A stretch of DNA of 63,976 nt, filler included, from Nanobdellota archaeon (GCA_003660925.1; 6 parts of 6 records of this genome joined end to end with filler, not necessarily neighbours in it), one strand, 5' to 3'; counted from the first letter of the whole stretch, positions 47,128 to 57,721 are shown. The notes: a model not told the origin generated them from the sequence alone. Program-made: numbers and translations.

Positions 47128-49062
47128 ATGAAATACGCCATCATAAAACCGAGGTGGAAGAGCGTTAAGGTGAAGAAAACTGAAAGCTTAGGTCCTGTCG
47201 AGTTCGGCTTGGAAAGGCACTTCCAGGTGAAGAGTTATAAGTATGACCCTCTCTCCCCAAAGAACCCCCTTTGTTTTGGCATAGGTCCCTTGGCAGGTTC
47301 TGCCATCCCAGGAACCCATAGGCTCATCTTCGTTTCCAGGTCGCCCATTTTGGGTTCCCTCATCATAGCCACCATGGGAGGGGCAGGCGTAGCTTTATAT
47401 CACACAGGACTCGATTATATCTCTTTAGAAGGAGGGGATAAGAAATACAATGTGGTCGCGCTCAAGCGCGAAGGCGATAAGCTTGAGAAGAAGTTCATTA
47501 AGCTGGACAAGGAGAGGGTGAACGAGATATACTTCCGGGGTGAAGGAGGTTTCAAAGGCATAAGTGCTCTTCAGCACTTCATCTTTAAAGAACTGAAGTC
47601 TTGGTATGGTGATTCCTACTTCAGGATCCTGGCGACTGGCCCTGCCTCCATGCTGACGAACTACGGTTCCATAGGCTCCACCGTTATAGAAAACAAGAAG
47701 CTCCAGTGGGGCCAAGAAGACTATGCAGGGAGAGGGGGATTAGGATCAGTCATGGTCCAAGCTCACAGGACCCTCGCGATAGTTCTGGGTGGGGATTTCG
47801 AAGGGGATAGATTTGAGAGGAGCTTGAGGGATATGAAAGTCGTGAACGAACTCTTCGAGAAGGAGTTCGGGAAGAAGGCTGTAGAAGTGTGGATGAAGGT
47901 CACGAAGAAATATAGATATGACGAGGACATGGGGACTGGCGGGACCTTCGGCGTCAATTTCTGCAAACTGGGACCTCAATTCCTCTTCTTCAACTGGACC
48001 TCTACTTACATTCCCATCAAGAAAAGGAGGGCTGTCTTCGAGAAATTGGTGAAAGGATGGTACTGGAGGAGATTTCAGGACGAGATCATTAAGACGAGGA
48101 GCTGGAGGACTTGTGGGGAGAAATGCCCAGTGGTCTGCAAGAAGGTGAACATCATCTTCAAGAAGGACTACGAGCCGTATGCGGCCAATGGTCCGTTGAT
48201 AGGGATTTTCAACATGGAGGATGCTGAGAGGATCGTCTCTAAGGTGGACGAATACGGGTTCGATGGGGTGGAGATAGGTAACCTGCTCGCTTGGGTCATG
48301 GAGGCAAGGGCGAAGGGACTCTTAACGGAGAAGGAATTAGGGATAGATTTGAAGGTGTACTTCGACATCGACGAATACCTAAAGAACCCATTGATGGCTT
48401 CCCACTCCAACATGTTGGTGGCGGACCATCTACTCAACTTGATAGTTACCGGAGAGGGGATAGGTTGGTTCCTGAGGAGAGGGGTGAGACACGCCGCGGA
48501 CGTTTTGGAGAGGAGACACAAGGGCATAAAAGACCTCGCCCTTTATACACCATACGGAAAGAAGGACTATGGCATCACCCCAATAATGTACTGGACTCCA
48601 GGGGTCTTTGCTCCCCTCCCCATGCTCATCCTGAGCAAGACCTATTACAAGAGCGATAAGTTCGATCCTTATGAGATAGGGAAGGCAGCGGCGGAAAGGA
48701 CCTTGGTGGAGATCATAACCGACAACTTCGGGATATGCAGGTTCCACAGAGGGTGGAGTGAGAAGATCGCCCCGAAGCTGGTTTCTTACGTTCTTGGAAA
48801 GGAGATAGATGCGGAGGAGATGGCCAGGGAACTAGTGAGGAAGTTGATAGAGTATGAGGAGCTTGCTGGAATGGGGCCTCAGTATTGGGAGAGCAAGCGG
48901 GTGAAGGAAGTCATAAGGAACTTCTTGGTAGACATGCAGAACTTCGTCGACGACCCTGAGCTGAAGAGGTGGGTGTACAAGCTCGGGAACAGCTTCGAGA
49001 GGAGCATGAGGCAGTTCTGGAAGGAGATGATGAGGGGGGTCAAGGAAGTCCTCTATAAGTGA
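47128..49062 (+). CDS. gor: Glyceraldehyde-3-phosphate:ferredoxin oxidoreductase (AOR family)
   Basis: AGRGGLGS, TGGTFG, TCGE.CP.VCKK, DYEPY.A.GP and GICRFHRGW motifs. Confidence 0.85.
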   Translation: MKYAIIKPRWKSVKVKKTESLGPVEFGLERHFQVKSYKYDPLSPKNPLCFGIGPLAGSAIPGTHRLIFVSRSPILGSLIIATMGGAGVALYHTGLDYISLEGGDKKYNVVALKREGDKLEKKFIKLDKERVNEIYFRGEGGFKGISALQHFIFKELKSWYGDSYFRILATGPASMLTNYGSIGSTVIENKKLQWGQEDYAGRGGLGSVMVQAHRTLAIVLGGDFEGDRFERSLRDMKVVNELFEKEFGKKAVEVWMKVTKKYRYDEDMGTGGTFGVNFCKLGPQFLFFNWTSTYIPIKKRRAVFEKLVKGWYWRRFQDEIIKTRSWRTCGEKCPVVCKKVNIIFKKDYEPYAANGPLIGIFNMEDAERIVSKVDEYGFDGVEIGNLLAWVMEARAKGLLTEKELGIDLKVYFDIDEYLKNPLMASHSNMLVADHLLNLIVTGEGIGWFLRRGVRHAADVLERRHKGIKDLALYTPYGKKDYGITPIMYWTPGVFAPLPMLILSKTYYKSDKFDPYEIGKAAAERTLVEIITDNFGICRFHRGWSEKIAPKLVSYVLGKEIDAEEMARELVRKLIEYEELAGMGPQYWESKRVKEVIRNFLVDMQNFVDDPELKRWVYKLGNSFERSMRQFWKEMMRGVKEVLYK

Positions 49063-50012
49063 TCCCTCACAAATAATGCTGCATCCTCTGGGCACACAGC
49101 GTTCACGTATATATTTGAGCCCAATTCCAGTCCTGCCCAAATGGACAATTTTGGATATATTTCTAGGTGGAAATGGAAGTCCTTTCCCTTTGGAGCTTGG
49201 TGAATCGCGTAATTATACGGGAAATCCCCCAAGACTTTTTTCATGGCCTTAAAGAGTTGAACCAGGAGATTCGACAAGCTCATTAACTCGTCTTTCCCCA
49301 TCTCAAGGATGCTTCTTTTGTGTTTCTTCGAGAGAACCCACATCTCAAAAGCGAACCTCGGGGCATATGGGCTCAGAACGATGAATTCGTCGTTCTCGTG
49401 GACAAATCTCGGACTTTTCTTCTCCAATTCTATGTATTCGCAGAACCCGCATTTCCTCCTCATTTCCTTCTTAATCCTCTCTGGGACAAAGGGGAAGGCA
49501 GAGATCTGGGAGTGGGGATGAGGGAGAGAGGCACCAGCTTGAGAGCCCTTGTTCTTGAAGATGTTCACGTACTTTATCCACCTGTTTTTCATCATGTACT
49601 CCATCCTCCTTTTGTACATCTCTAAGAGACGATAGGTTGACATGATCCCCTGATCAAATACTTCTTTGTTGTGCTTGCGAGTATCTATGATCACCTCATG
49701 ATAACCTAAAGAAGGGAAGTGGTAGTAGAAAGGCTCATCCCTTATCACGCCCTCCCTTGGAAGGCTTGTCCTTTCATCTAACTTGTCTACGAACGGGTAC
49801 TTATTCTTCACCGCCTTCACTAACCATTTCCCTTTCTCGGGGAGCCTATCTGTCTCTAACACCATATGTTCATTCCCTGGACAGAAAGGACATCTCCTGT
49901 CCCTTTCCACTACTTTTTCGGTGACGAATTGGTGGGGTCTTTTCGCTCTCCTCTCCGATAGGATGACCCAATACCCGCTTATGGGATCCCTCCTTATCTC
50001 ATTTCCAGCCAT
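49053..50012 (-). CDS. galT: Galactose-1-phosphate uridylyltransferase-family protein
   Basis: RAKRP, CPFCPGNE and GASLPHPHSQ motifs. Confidence 0.92.
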   Translation of the reverse strand: MAGNEIRRDPISGYWVILSERRAKRPHQFVTEKVVERDRRCPFCPGNEHMVLETDRLPEKGKWLVKAVKNKYPFVDKLDERTSLPREGVIRDEPFYYHFPSLGYHEVIIDTRKHNKEVFDQGIMSTYRLLEMYKRRMEYMMKNRWIKYVNIFKNKGSQAGASLPHPHSQISAFPFVPERIKKEMRRKCGFCEYIELEKKSPRFVHENDEFIVLSPYAPRFAFEMWVLSKKHKRSILEMGKDELMSLSNLLVQLFKAMKKVLGDFPYNYAIHQAPKGKDFHFHLEIYPKLSIWAGLELGSNIYVNAVCPEDAALFVRDHL

Positions 50013-51822
50013 CTCCGTACACCTCTAGATAATTCTTTATCATGACCTCCCAGGAGTCTAGCTTTGCCAATTTGTACGCGTCCTCTTTCAGGGCTTTTAA
50101 GTCTCCCTTTACGATGTCCTTCAGCATCTCAGCCAAATCCTCATAAATTTCCTCATCCTTCCTGTCTTTTACTTTCAACACCCTTATCCCCCTCTTCTCC
50201 GTGTCCCCTACCCTCTCCTTCAAGAAGCAACCGAACCCCGAGAGGTCTGAAGTTATGGCCACGTTCTCCAGGGCAGCTGCCTCTATGGGCGTGTAGCCCC
50301 ACGGTTCATACCTGCTTGGGAACACTCCCACATCACAAGCTAAAACGACGTCGTAGTATTCCATATTTATCAATCCGTCCCCTGGCTTCACGTAGGTGGG
50401 ATAAAAAATCACTTTCACCTTATCTTCTTTCCTGTTCCTGAGGCCCACCTTCTTGAGTTCGTTCAGGATGAGGTCATCCTCATAGTTCAATTCATAAGTG
50501 CAGAGGGGAGGTATATCGTTCTCCTTCTTCAGGTTCCTCGCTAGTTCGTGCATATCCTTAACCTCATCGAACCTCATGAGGTCGGAGTCCAAGATGGAAC
50601 CATCTAAAATTTGTTTCAGAAGCTGAAACTTATATTCTTCCATGAATTCTTCTTCGTGTTTTACCCTCTCCATGCTCTTCAAGATGAGCTCGTCCCTCCT
50701 CTCCTTGAGGAACACGTTCAATTTATCCCAGAGGTTGTCCATCATGAGAACGTTCTCCATGACCTTCTCCTTTGGCCTCTTCACGCTGGTGGGGATGAAC
50801 AAAAAGGCGAAGATCTCCCTATCGAGGGATTTGTTGAGTTTTCCCAAGGCATTTATGAAGGCGTCGATCCCCTTGTTCCTGAACTCATACCTCCCAGATA
50901 TGTATAATATAGGGGCCTTCTCCGGAGATACTAGGTAATAAGGGGAGAAATAGGCGTAGATGAACTTGTTCAGTTCTTCCCTGTTCCTCTTCTTTTCCTC
51001 TTCATCCTTAGAGGGAAAGTCGCTCAGGTCCACACCATTCGGTGTTATCTTGTCCGGCTTCCTTTCTAAGATGTACTCGCATTCTTTAGCGGTGATCTCG
51101 CTCACCGTAGTGAAGACGTCCGCATTCGCAGCACATGCCTTCTCCATGAGGTGTTTACTCTCCAACTTGTACTTGTAGGCCACCCTATCGTCTATGTGAG
51201 CGCCTTTACTTATACCTTCGAAGACCTCCTTGATGAAATCCTCGTCCAGGGAGGATAAGGTCCTCCCCAAGGTGGTCGCGTGGGTTGTGAACACGCTCTT
51301 CACATCCACCTTTCTCTTTTTCAGATACAATAAAGCAGCACCACTCATCCACTCGTGAAACTGAACCACCATCTTCTCCTTCCAGAGCTTCCTCAACCTC
51401 TCTATCAGCATACCCGTGGCCCAGCCCCACCCAACGTTCAGGTCGAAATCATAGGGGGCCCAGAGAGAGTCTATGCCGAAGTCCTTCCATAACTCGTACT
51501 TTATCTTGTTTATTTGCTTGTCCCCATCCACCTTGTTCATGAAATCATAGGCATCTATCAGGATGATCCTGGCATTGTCCCCTTCCATCCACCTTCCGTA
51601 ATAACAATCTATCCCTTTTTTCTTCAAGGACTTGAAGATCCCCTTAAATTCCCCTGGATCTTCGAGCTTGACCTCCACCTTAGCGGAATGGGGCTCGTAG
51701 AACCCTATCAAGATGTAGTCGTCCCCAAACCTCTTCACGAGCTCCCCAGCCTTGGTCTTCAAGACAGTGTAGATACCACCGACCTTATGTCCGGCCTCGG
51801 AAGAGACCTCGATGAGCTTCAT
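49999..51822 (-). CDS. Glycogen synthase, GT3 family
   Basis: KVGGIYTV, FHEW, TTHAT.LGR, GRYEFRNKG and PSRYEPWGYTP motifs. Confidence 0.9.
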   Translation of the reverse strand: MKLIEVSSEAGHKVGGIYTVLKTKAGELVKRFGDDYILIGFYEPHSAKVEVKLEDPGEFKGIFKSLKKKGIDCYYGRWMEGDNARIILIDAYDFMNKVDGDKQINKIKYELWKDFGIDSLWAPYDFDLNVGWGWATGMLIERLRKLWKEKMVVQFHEWMSGAALLYLKKRKVDVKSVFTTHATTLGRTLSSLDEDFIKEVFEGISKGAHIDDRVAYKYKLESKHLMEKACAANADVFTTVSEITAKECEYILERKPDKITPNGVDLSDFPSKDEEEKKRNREELNKFIYAYFSPYYLVSPEKAPILYISGRYEFRNKGIDAFINALGKLNKSLDREIFAFLFIPTSVKRPKEKVMENVLMMDNLWDKLNVFLKERRDELILKSMERVKHEEEFMEEYKFQLLKQILDGSILDSDLMRFDEVKDMHELARNLKKENDIPPLCTYELNYEDDLILNELKKVGLRNRKEDKVKVIFYPTYVKPGDGLINMEYYDVVLACDVGVFPSRYEPWGYTPIEAAALENVAITSDLSGFGCFLKERVGDTEKRGIRVLKVKDRKDEEIYEDLAEMLKDIVKGDLKALKEDAYKLAKLDSWEVMIKNYLEVYGDGWK

Positions 51823-51850
51823 CAAGTCATAAGAAAGGAGGGATGTTTAT

Positions 51851-52171
51851 TTATTTTGTGATTTGCTTGATGCGCTTGTTTATTTCCTTCACGATCTTGT
51901 TCTTCATCTCCTCCCAGTTCTTCGCCTTTATCCCCCTCAGCCTCTTTGCCAAGACCTTGTCCCCGATGACGTCCTCTATCCACTGAGCGAAGTCATTCTT
52001 TCCTTCCCTCAGGTGGTGTATCACCGCGGACGTTGGAGCCTGTGATAGTTTCTTAGCTAGCTCCGGAAGACTCCTTACCCTATCGACCACGTTGTAATGA
52101 TCGGTCTTCAACCAAAAAGCCTTGGACTCCTCAACTTTGTTGAGAATTTTCCTGCCCAACTTCTTTATCAT
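51851..52171 (-). CDS. DUF5752-like protein
   Basis: AFWL..SL.EL..HH...NDFAQWI.DVIGD.VLA motif. Confidence 0.75.
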   Translation of the reverse strand: MIKKLGRKILNKVEESKAFWLKTDHYNVVDRVRSLPELAKKLSQAPTSAVIHHLREGKNDFAQWIEDVIGDKVLAKRLRGIKAKNWEEMKNKIVKEINKRIKQITK

Positions 52172-52242
52172 GGAGAAGGTTATGAACTCCGAGTATTTAA
52201 AGTTTTTTTAAAGTTTTTAAATGGTGACAGATTAAACATCCT

Positions 52243-52863
52243 ATGTTCCCAGAAAGGGTGCTCCTGCTCACGTGGGAATACCCCCCTCGTTCCATCTCTC
52301 CCATTTCCCACTACTGCAAGCAATTAGCAGACTACCTCTCCTCAAAAGGGATTGATGTCATAGTCCTCACCTATGACGATCAGAAACCAAACAAGTTCTA
52401 CTTGGAGAATGATAATCTCTTCGTCTTCACGGTCGGGAATCCCGTTCACGGGGTCTATAACCCCCTTACTTGGTCCCTCACCATGGCCTATGAGATGGAA
52501 AAGAAGGCCTTGGACGTCATAAGGGAAATAGGTGGGGTCGACCTGATGCACACCCAAGATTGGCTCACCATCCCTGCGGCCTTACTCCTCAAGGAATACA
52601 CGGAGACACCCCTTTTCATCACCTTCCATTCCATAGAACCTGTTAGAGTGGGAGGGGCGTGTGACCCTTACATAGAAGCTGTGAAGAGATTGGAGTATGA
52701 GGGGTGTAAAGAGGCGGAGAAGATATTCGTGAATAACTTGTGGATGAAGTATCAGGTGATGTACCACTACAGTGTCCCGGAAAGGAAAGTGGAAATAGCC
52801 ATCCCGCAGAGGAAGCTCTGGATGAAGGACGTCCTGAAGGGATATGAGGTGTTGAAGAGATGA
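52243..52863 (+). CDS. GT4 glycosyltransferase N-terminal domain only
   Basis: LTWEYPP, HTQDWL and TFHSIE motifs; ends before the C-terminal domain. Confidence 0.8.
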   Translation: MFPERVLLLTWEYPPRSISPISHYCKQLADYLSSKGIDVIVLTYDDQKPNKFYLENDNLFVFTVGNPVHGVYNPLTWSLTMAYEMEKKALDVIREIGGVDLMHTQDWLTIPAALLLKEYTETPLFITFHSIEPVRVGGACDPYIEAVKRLEYEGCKEAEKIFVNNLWMKYQVMYHYSVPERKVEIAIPQRKLWMKDVLKGYEVLKR

Positions 52864-54050
52864 AAGTCCTTCACTTGGCCTGGGAATTCCCTCCCTGGAA
52901 GGTGGGAGGGATAGCTCCCTATCTGAGCGGCCTTTCTAAAACTTTAGTGAAGAAAGGGGTGGAGGTCCACGTGGTCTGTCCTGGGCCAGAAACGAAGGAC
53001 AGCGAAATGGATGGTGTTAAGGTCCACTACTTCAAGGCGGACTTCCCCAGCAATGACTTCATCTCTTGGGTCCTTCAAATGAACTTCTTCATGAAGAGGA
53101 GGATCACAGAGCTCTGGAAGTCCGAGAAGTTCGACCTCATACACGCCCACGATTGGTTGAGCACCCTCCCTGCCATTTATGCTAAACACACTTATAGGGT
53201 CCCTTTGATAGCTACGGTCCACGATACTGAGCAAGGGAGATGGGGGAAGGGACAGGGAATTCCCATGATAAATGAGTTGGACTGGAAGCTCACCTATGAG
53301 GCGTGGAAGATAAGCGTCCTCTCGGATTTCATGAAATGGCACCTCCAAGACCTCTTCAACGTCCCGGAGGACAAGATATGGGTAATCCCTCCTGGGATAG
53401 AGGCAGATGGTTACAGGTTCGAGTTCGACCCCAACTTGAGGAACAACTTCGCAGCACCTTGGGAGAGAATAGTTCTCTTCGTGGGGAGGATGTTCCACCA
53501 AAAAGGGTGTGACATCCTGGTGGGAGCTGCTCCCTTCATCCTGAAGGAATTTCCAGATGTGAAGTTCGTGTGCGTGGGAGAGGGCTACGCGAGGATGCAA
53601 TACACCGACCTCGCCAATTGGATGGGGGTGGGACAGAAATTCTACTTCACGGGATTCTTGGATGAGTTCACCAAGAGGGCCCTCATGCAGCTCGCTGACG
53701 TGATAGCTATCCCATCGAGGCATGAACCTTTCGGGATAGTGGCGTTGGAAGGGATGTGTGCCGGGACCCCAGTAGTGGTGGCGGACGAGGGAGGACTATC
53801 CAACATCGTCCAACACGAATACAACGGGATCAAGGTCTGGAAGGAGCACAGCGAGAGTTTAGCTTGGGGGATAAAGAAGGTGCTGAGGGACCCCGAATTG
53901 GCTAGGAGGTTGGTGGAGAGCGGGTTCAAGACGGTTAGGGAGAGGTATGATTGGGACAAGAACACGAATCTCATGATAAAGTTGTATGAGGAGGTCTTGG
54001 GAGAGTACGAGAAGTCGGATTGGGCCAAGGCTAAAGCAACTTCTCCTTGA
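52860..54050 (+). CDS. GT4 glycosyltransferase
   Basis: WEFPP..GG, HAHDW, FVGR and EPFGIVALE motifs. Confidence 0.93.
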   Translation: MKVLHLAWEFPPWKVGGIAPYLSGLSKTLVKKGVEVHVVCPGPETKDSEMDGVKVHYFKADFPSNDFISWVLQMNFFMKRRITELWKSEKFDLIHAHDWLSTLPAIYAKHTYRVPLIATVHDTEQGRWGKGQGIPMINELDWKLTYEAWKISVLSDFMKWHLQDLFNVPEDKIWVIPPGIEADGYRFEFDPNLRNNFAAPWERIVLFVGRMFHQKGCDILVGAAPFILKEFPDVKFVCVGEGYARMQYTDLANWMGVGQKFYFTGFLDEFTKRALMQLADVIAIPSRHEPFGIVALEGMCAGTPVVVADEGGLSNIVQHEYNGIKVWKEHSESLAWGIKKVLRDPELARRLVESGFKTVRERYDWDKNTNLMIKLYEEVLGEYEKSDWAKAKATSP

Positions 54051-55227
54051 AATCGGATAACACCTTTAAGATGGTGAGGAATCCCTGTTCTGGTGTGTCG
54101 AAGGGGCTGAAGTACTTGTGGACGTCCCCATCTGCCCACCACTTCGTGCATATATAATATAGGTGATCAGAGTTTTGCAAGTACCTCCATATCCTCAGGA
54201 GTTTTGGGTCTCCCCTCTTCTTCACCAACTTCTCTATCTTCTTGATCTCCTCGTAAGCGAACCTCTGCATCTCATTCCCCAACCAAGCGCTCACGTCCCT
54301 CTCTATGTCCGCCCAGCTTATGGTGTTGAACTCGAAGACGTCTATGACATCCCTGGCCGGATATTTCAGAATGGTCCTGGAGGGAGTGGAGAACTTGAGG
54401 TTCTTCCACTTCAACACCTCGTAGGGCAAACTTCCCAGGAACCAGAAGATCCCTGTCTCGGGCCACTGGTGCTCCCCGAACGTCTCGTAGTCTATGAATA
54501 TGTTTATGACATCCCCTGGGGTGGCAGCTAGCCACGTCGCGTATTTATCCGCTGTCAAGGGCCACTGGTCCCACCACCTGGCGGAGAACCTGTAACCTAT
54601 GTCATCGCTCAACCTATAATTCCTCACCAAGACCTTTATCTTCTTGGCCACGTGCTCTGGAGGTTTATACAAGTAATTCGGGCTCCTCCACCCCAACACT
54701 CTCTCAATACCTTCCGTGAAGATTCCCTTGAACCCCAATCCTTCCACGGTCTTGGCGATCATGTTGTTGTATATGAACTCCGTGTTCTCGAAGACCTTCG
54801 GCCTCTTGCCGAACAGGTCTTTCATCTTCTCCCTGTGCATCTCCACTTGCTCCACGAACTCGCTCCTGTCCGTCCCGTAGAGGCTGGCCAGGGAGTGATA
54901 GTAAGTTTGGCAGAGGAACTCCACGCTCCTGGTGGAGGCCAACTGTTGGAAGGAGTCTATCATCTCAGGGGCGAACATCTCGAATTGATCCAACAGCACC
55001 CCGGTTATGGAGAAAGAGACCTTAAACTTTTTCCCCAAGTCATCTATCAACTTCAGGATGATGTTGTTGGCGGGCATGTAGCACTTATCTATCACCCTCC
55101 TCAGGATCTTCTTGTTCTTCTCCATGTCAAAATACCTTTCCAGGAGGTCCTTCCCACCATCTGGTTCGTAGTACGGTTTCAACCTAAGAGGTTGATGCAC
55201 TTCAAAACAAAGGTTTATGTCCGTCAT
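54031..55227 (-). CDS. GH57 alpha-amylase
   Basis: FEVHQP, YYHSL, NTE, DYETFGEH and SDH.YY motifs. Confidence 0.93.
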   Translation of the reverse strand: MTDINLCFEVHQPLRLKPYYEPDGGKDLLERYFDMEKNKKILRRVIDKCYMPANNIILKLIDDLGKKFKVSFSITGVLLDQFEMFAPEMIDSFQQLASTRSVEFLCQTYYHSLASLYGTDRSEFVEQVEMHREKMKDLFGKRPKVFENTEFIYNNMIAKTVEGLGFKGIFTEGIERVLGWRSPNYLYKPPEHVAKKIKVLVRNYRLSDDIGYRFSARWWDQWPLTADKYATWLAATPGDVINIFIDYETFGEHQWPETGIFWFLGSLPYEVLKWKNLKFSTPSRTILKYPARDVIDVFEFNTISWADIERDVSAWLGNEMQRFAYEEIKKIEKLVKKRGDPKLLRIWRYLQNSDHLYYICTKWWADGDVHKYFSPFDTPEQGFLTILKVLSDFKEKLL

Positions 55228-56744
55228 ACCCACACCTCCGACCAAGCCTGTTTGCAACACCCCATAGGGATCAACGAGTCACCATCATAGGTCTCGTCCA
55301 CCCCGTCAATGCACCTCGAACCCTTATTTCTTTCGATGATCTCCTTGTACTTTTTTGCCTTCTCAGCTCTTCCGTAATTCTCCTCTGCCACGATCATCAT
55401 CCCAGTTAATAACCCCCAAACCCTCCCGAGGTGATATTCATCCGGATCATATAACTCATCTTCGCTCGACCTGCACCTGATCCCCCTCTCGGTCGTGAAC
55501 TCCTCACTTTCCAACCTCTTCAAGACCTTTCTCGCCTTGTCCTTGGGTAATTGCTTGAAGAAGAGTGGGAAGAGAGCATTTGCGGTGATGTCATCCTCTC
55601 CCAATCTATCTAAGAGGAAGTCTCCTGTCCAGAATTCCTCATTGATAACTCTCACTATTTCCTCCCCTCTCCTCGCCCAGTCAGCTCTCCCATAAACCTT
55701 CCCCGCTGACCTGAAGGCCTCTGCCCAAACTGATTGCACATCCAAGCAGTAGCCGTCCCTTTCCAAGGAATCCATCCACGTATCCTTTCCGTAGCTTTCT
55801 ATCAGTCCCTCCATCCTCTTCCTCAGAATTCTGTTCACCAGTCCCCTCATCTTTTCTCTCATCTTTTTGTCTTTAGAGGCTTCCAAATATCTACAAAGGG
55901 CTATCACGAAGAGGCCGGGGACATCCACAGAATAATAATAAGCTTTTCCATCCAACTCTATCTTGGTGGGAATCTCTCCATCCCTCTCGAACTTGGATAT
56001 AGTTAACAAAGCTTCTTTTACTGCCTTCAAGTTTCCCTTCTTGATCTCATTCAGCATGATGAAGCATGCGTCCCTGGTCCAGAATTGGAGGAACCAAGGA
56101 AAACCCGCCAGATAGCAGAAGCCGAAATCTGAGAGGTAACCGAAACCCATCTCCCTCGGTTCAAAGTCCCTCTTCTCGATGTAGAATGTGACCTCTTTTA
56201 CCTTCCTTAAGTCAACTTCTTTCTCCAAGATCCCTGGCACGAACACGCTCTGCTCTTCCTCAAGCCAGTCCCAATCGTGGTACGCTCCAGGGAAGTGCCT
56301 CCTGTAGAGTCCCCCTCTCAAGAACTTCCCCCCTCCCACTCTCACGCTACCCAATTCGTTCTTGACTAGGAAACCATCCCTCTTCCCGACGACCTCATAT
56401 CTCCTGTCGTGAGCGTTTTCTTCCCACCTCCTTATGTTTATCCCAACCTCCATCTGAACCTTCACCTTCCCTTTCTTCTTTCCCTTGAACCTCAATCTTA
56501 TCTTCACTCCATCTCCCACTAAGACTTCTTCTTCCACCCTCATGCCCTTTAGCTCGTAGAGGTGTCTTTTCCCATCAAAGCCCATACAATTTTGGGGGGA
56601 GAGCCACTCATCATCCACCTTAAAAGCCCAGTATTCTATCAACTTCAAGGGAGGTCTCCACACCCCACACCACTTGGAACCGAAAGCCCCTGTATCGAAT
56701 CGCATGAGGATGAGTCTTCCTCCGTTTTTCACGTAGAACTTCAT
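55224..56744 (-). CDS. Amylo-alpha-1,6-glucosidase (glycogen debranching, GH133-like)
   Basis: AGFPWF..W.RD, TWMD, YH.G.VW and GC..QAWS motifs; start uncertain. Confidence 0.85.
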   Translation of the reverse strand: MKFYVKNGGRLILMRFDTGAFGSKWCGVWRPPLKLIEYWAFKVDDEWLSPQNCMGFDGKRHLYELKGMRVEEEVLVGDGVKIRLRFKGKKKGKVKVQMEVGINIRRWEENAHDRRYEVVGKRDGFLVKNELGSVRVGGGKFLRGGLYRRHFPGAYHDWDWLEEEQSVFVPGILEKEVDLRKVKEVTFYIEKRDFEPREMGFGYLSDFGFCYLAGFPWFLQFWTRDACFIMLNEIKKGNLKAVKEALLTISKFERDGEIPTKIELDGKAYYYSVDVPGLFVIALCRYLEASKDKKMREKMRGLVNRILRKRMEGLIESYGKDTWMDSLERDGYCLDVQSVWAEAFRSAGKVYGRADWARRGEEIVRVINEEFWTGDFLLDRLGEDDITANALFPLFFKQLPKDKARKVLKRLESEEFTTERGIRCRSSEDELYDPDEYHLGRVWGLLTGMMIVAEENYGRAEKAKKYKEIIERNKGSRCIDGVDETYDGDSLIPMGCCKQAWSEVWV

Positions 56745-56792
56745 GGAAGTGAGAAACAAAACACATAAATTTAAACCTTTCTTGATTTTAGC

Positions 56793-57614
56793 ATGGACGT
56801 TCTCGTCGTGGGAGATATAAACGTGGACGTCATCAACCTCCCCACCAAAAAATCAGCGCCTCAAGTGATAAGCGAGGTCTTTCTCGTGAAGGGAGGGGAA
56901 GCTTTTAACTTCGCCTGCGCCGCTTCCAGGTTGGGGTTAAAAGTGGAATTTCAGGGAGCAGTTGGGAGAGATTTCCTCGGAGACTTCTTGATCAAGGAGG
57001 GGAGGAGATATGGTGTGAGGATGAAGGTGGTGAGGAAGGGGAGAACGGGGATAACCATGGCGATAACTAAGGACGATAGGAAATTCATAACCTATAGGGG
57101 CTCCAATTCCCTCTTAGAATTCGAGGACATAAGGTTAAGGAAGGCCAAGTGGTTTTACCTCGGGGGGTTTTGGCATTTGGAATCCCTTGACCATGAAAAA
57201 TTGTTCGAGGAGGTTAGGGGCAACGTGGCCCTTAACGTAGGGTACCCTACCGGGAAGGGGAAGAGGAAGTTGCTCTCTATCCTCCCTAAGGTGGATCTCC
57301 TCTTCTTGAACGAGCAAGAGTACGAAGCTCTTAACCTTAGGGGGTTCGGGGGCACGATGGTGCTCCACATGGGAAGGAAGGGGAGCAAGATCTTAGGTGG
57401 CCCCTTCCAACCGGCTTACAGGGTGAGGTCTCTCAATCCCACAGGAGCGGGAGACGCCTTCAACGCAGCCTTTTTATTCAGCATCATGAAGGGAGATGAG
57501 GTGGAACACGCGTTGAAATTCGCAAACGCCGCTGCTGCCTTGCACGTTTCCAACCCACCCGATTTCGTGCCCACTTACGAAGAAGTGATGCGTTTCATGG
57601 AGGTGAGAAGATGA
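56793..57614 (+). CDS. PfkB-family carbohydrate kinase
   Basis: GG...N, VG.D..G, NEQE and PTGAGDAF motifs. Confidence 0.93.
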   Translation: MDVLVVGDINVDVINLPTKKSAPQVISEVFLVKGGEAFNFACAASRLGLKVEFQGAVGRDFLGDFLIKEGRRYGVRMKVVRKGRTGITMAITKDDRKFITYRGSNSLLEFEDIRLRKAKWFYLGGFWHLESLDHEKLFEEVRGNVALNVGYPTGKGKRKLLSILPKVDLLFLNEQEYEALNLRGFGGTMVLHMGRKGSKILGGPFQPAYRVRSLNPTGAGDAFNAAFLFSIMKGDEVEHALKFANAAAALHVSNPPDFVPTYEEVMRFMEVRR

Positions 57615-57621
57615 AGTGGGA

Positions 57622-57721
57622 NNNNNNNNNNNNNNNNNNNNNNNNNNNNNNNNNNNNNNNNNNNNTTAATTAATTAANNNNNNNNNNNNNNNNNNNNNNN
57701 NNNNNNNNNNNNNNNNNNNNN
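57622..57721. other. Artificial contig linker
   Basis: N44-TTAATTAATTAA-N44. Confidence 0.98.

Noticed and set aside
13057..57721. TTAATTAATTAA flanked by N runs, occurring five times
   Set aside because: Identical 100-nt artificial linkers with stops in all frames; not a biological repeat
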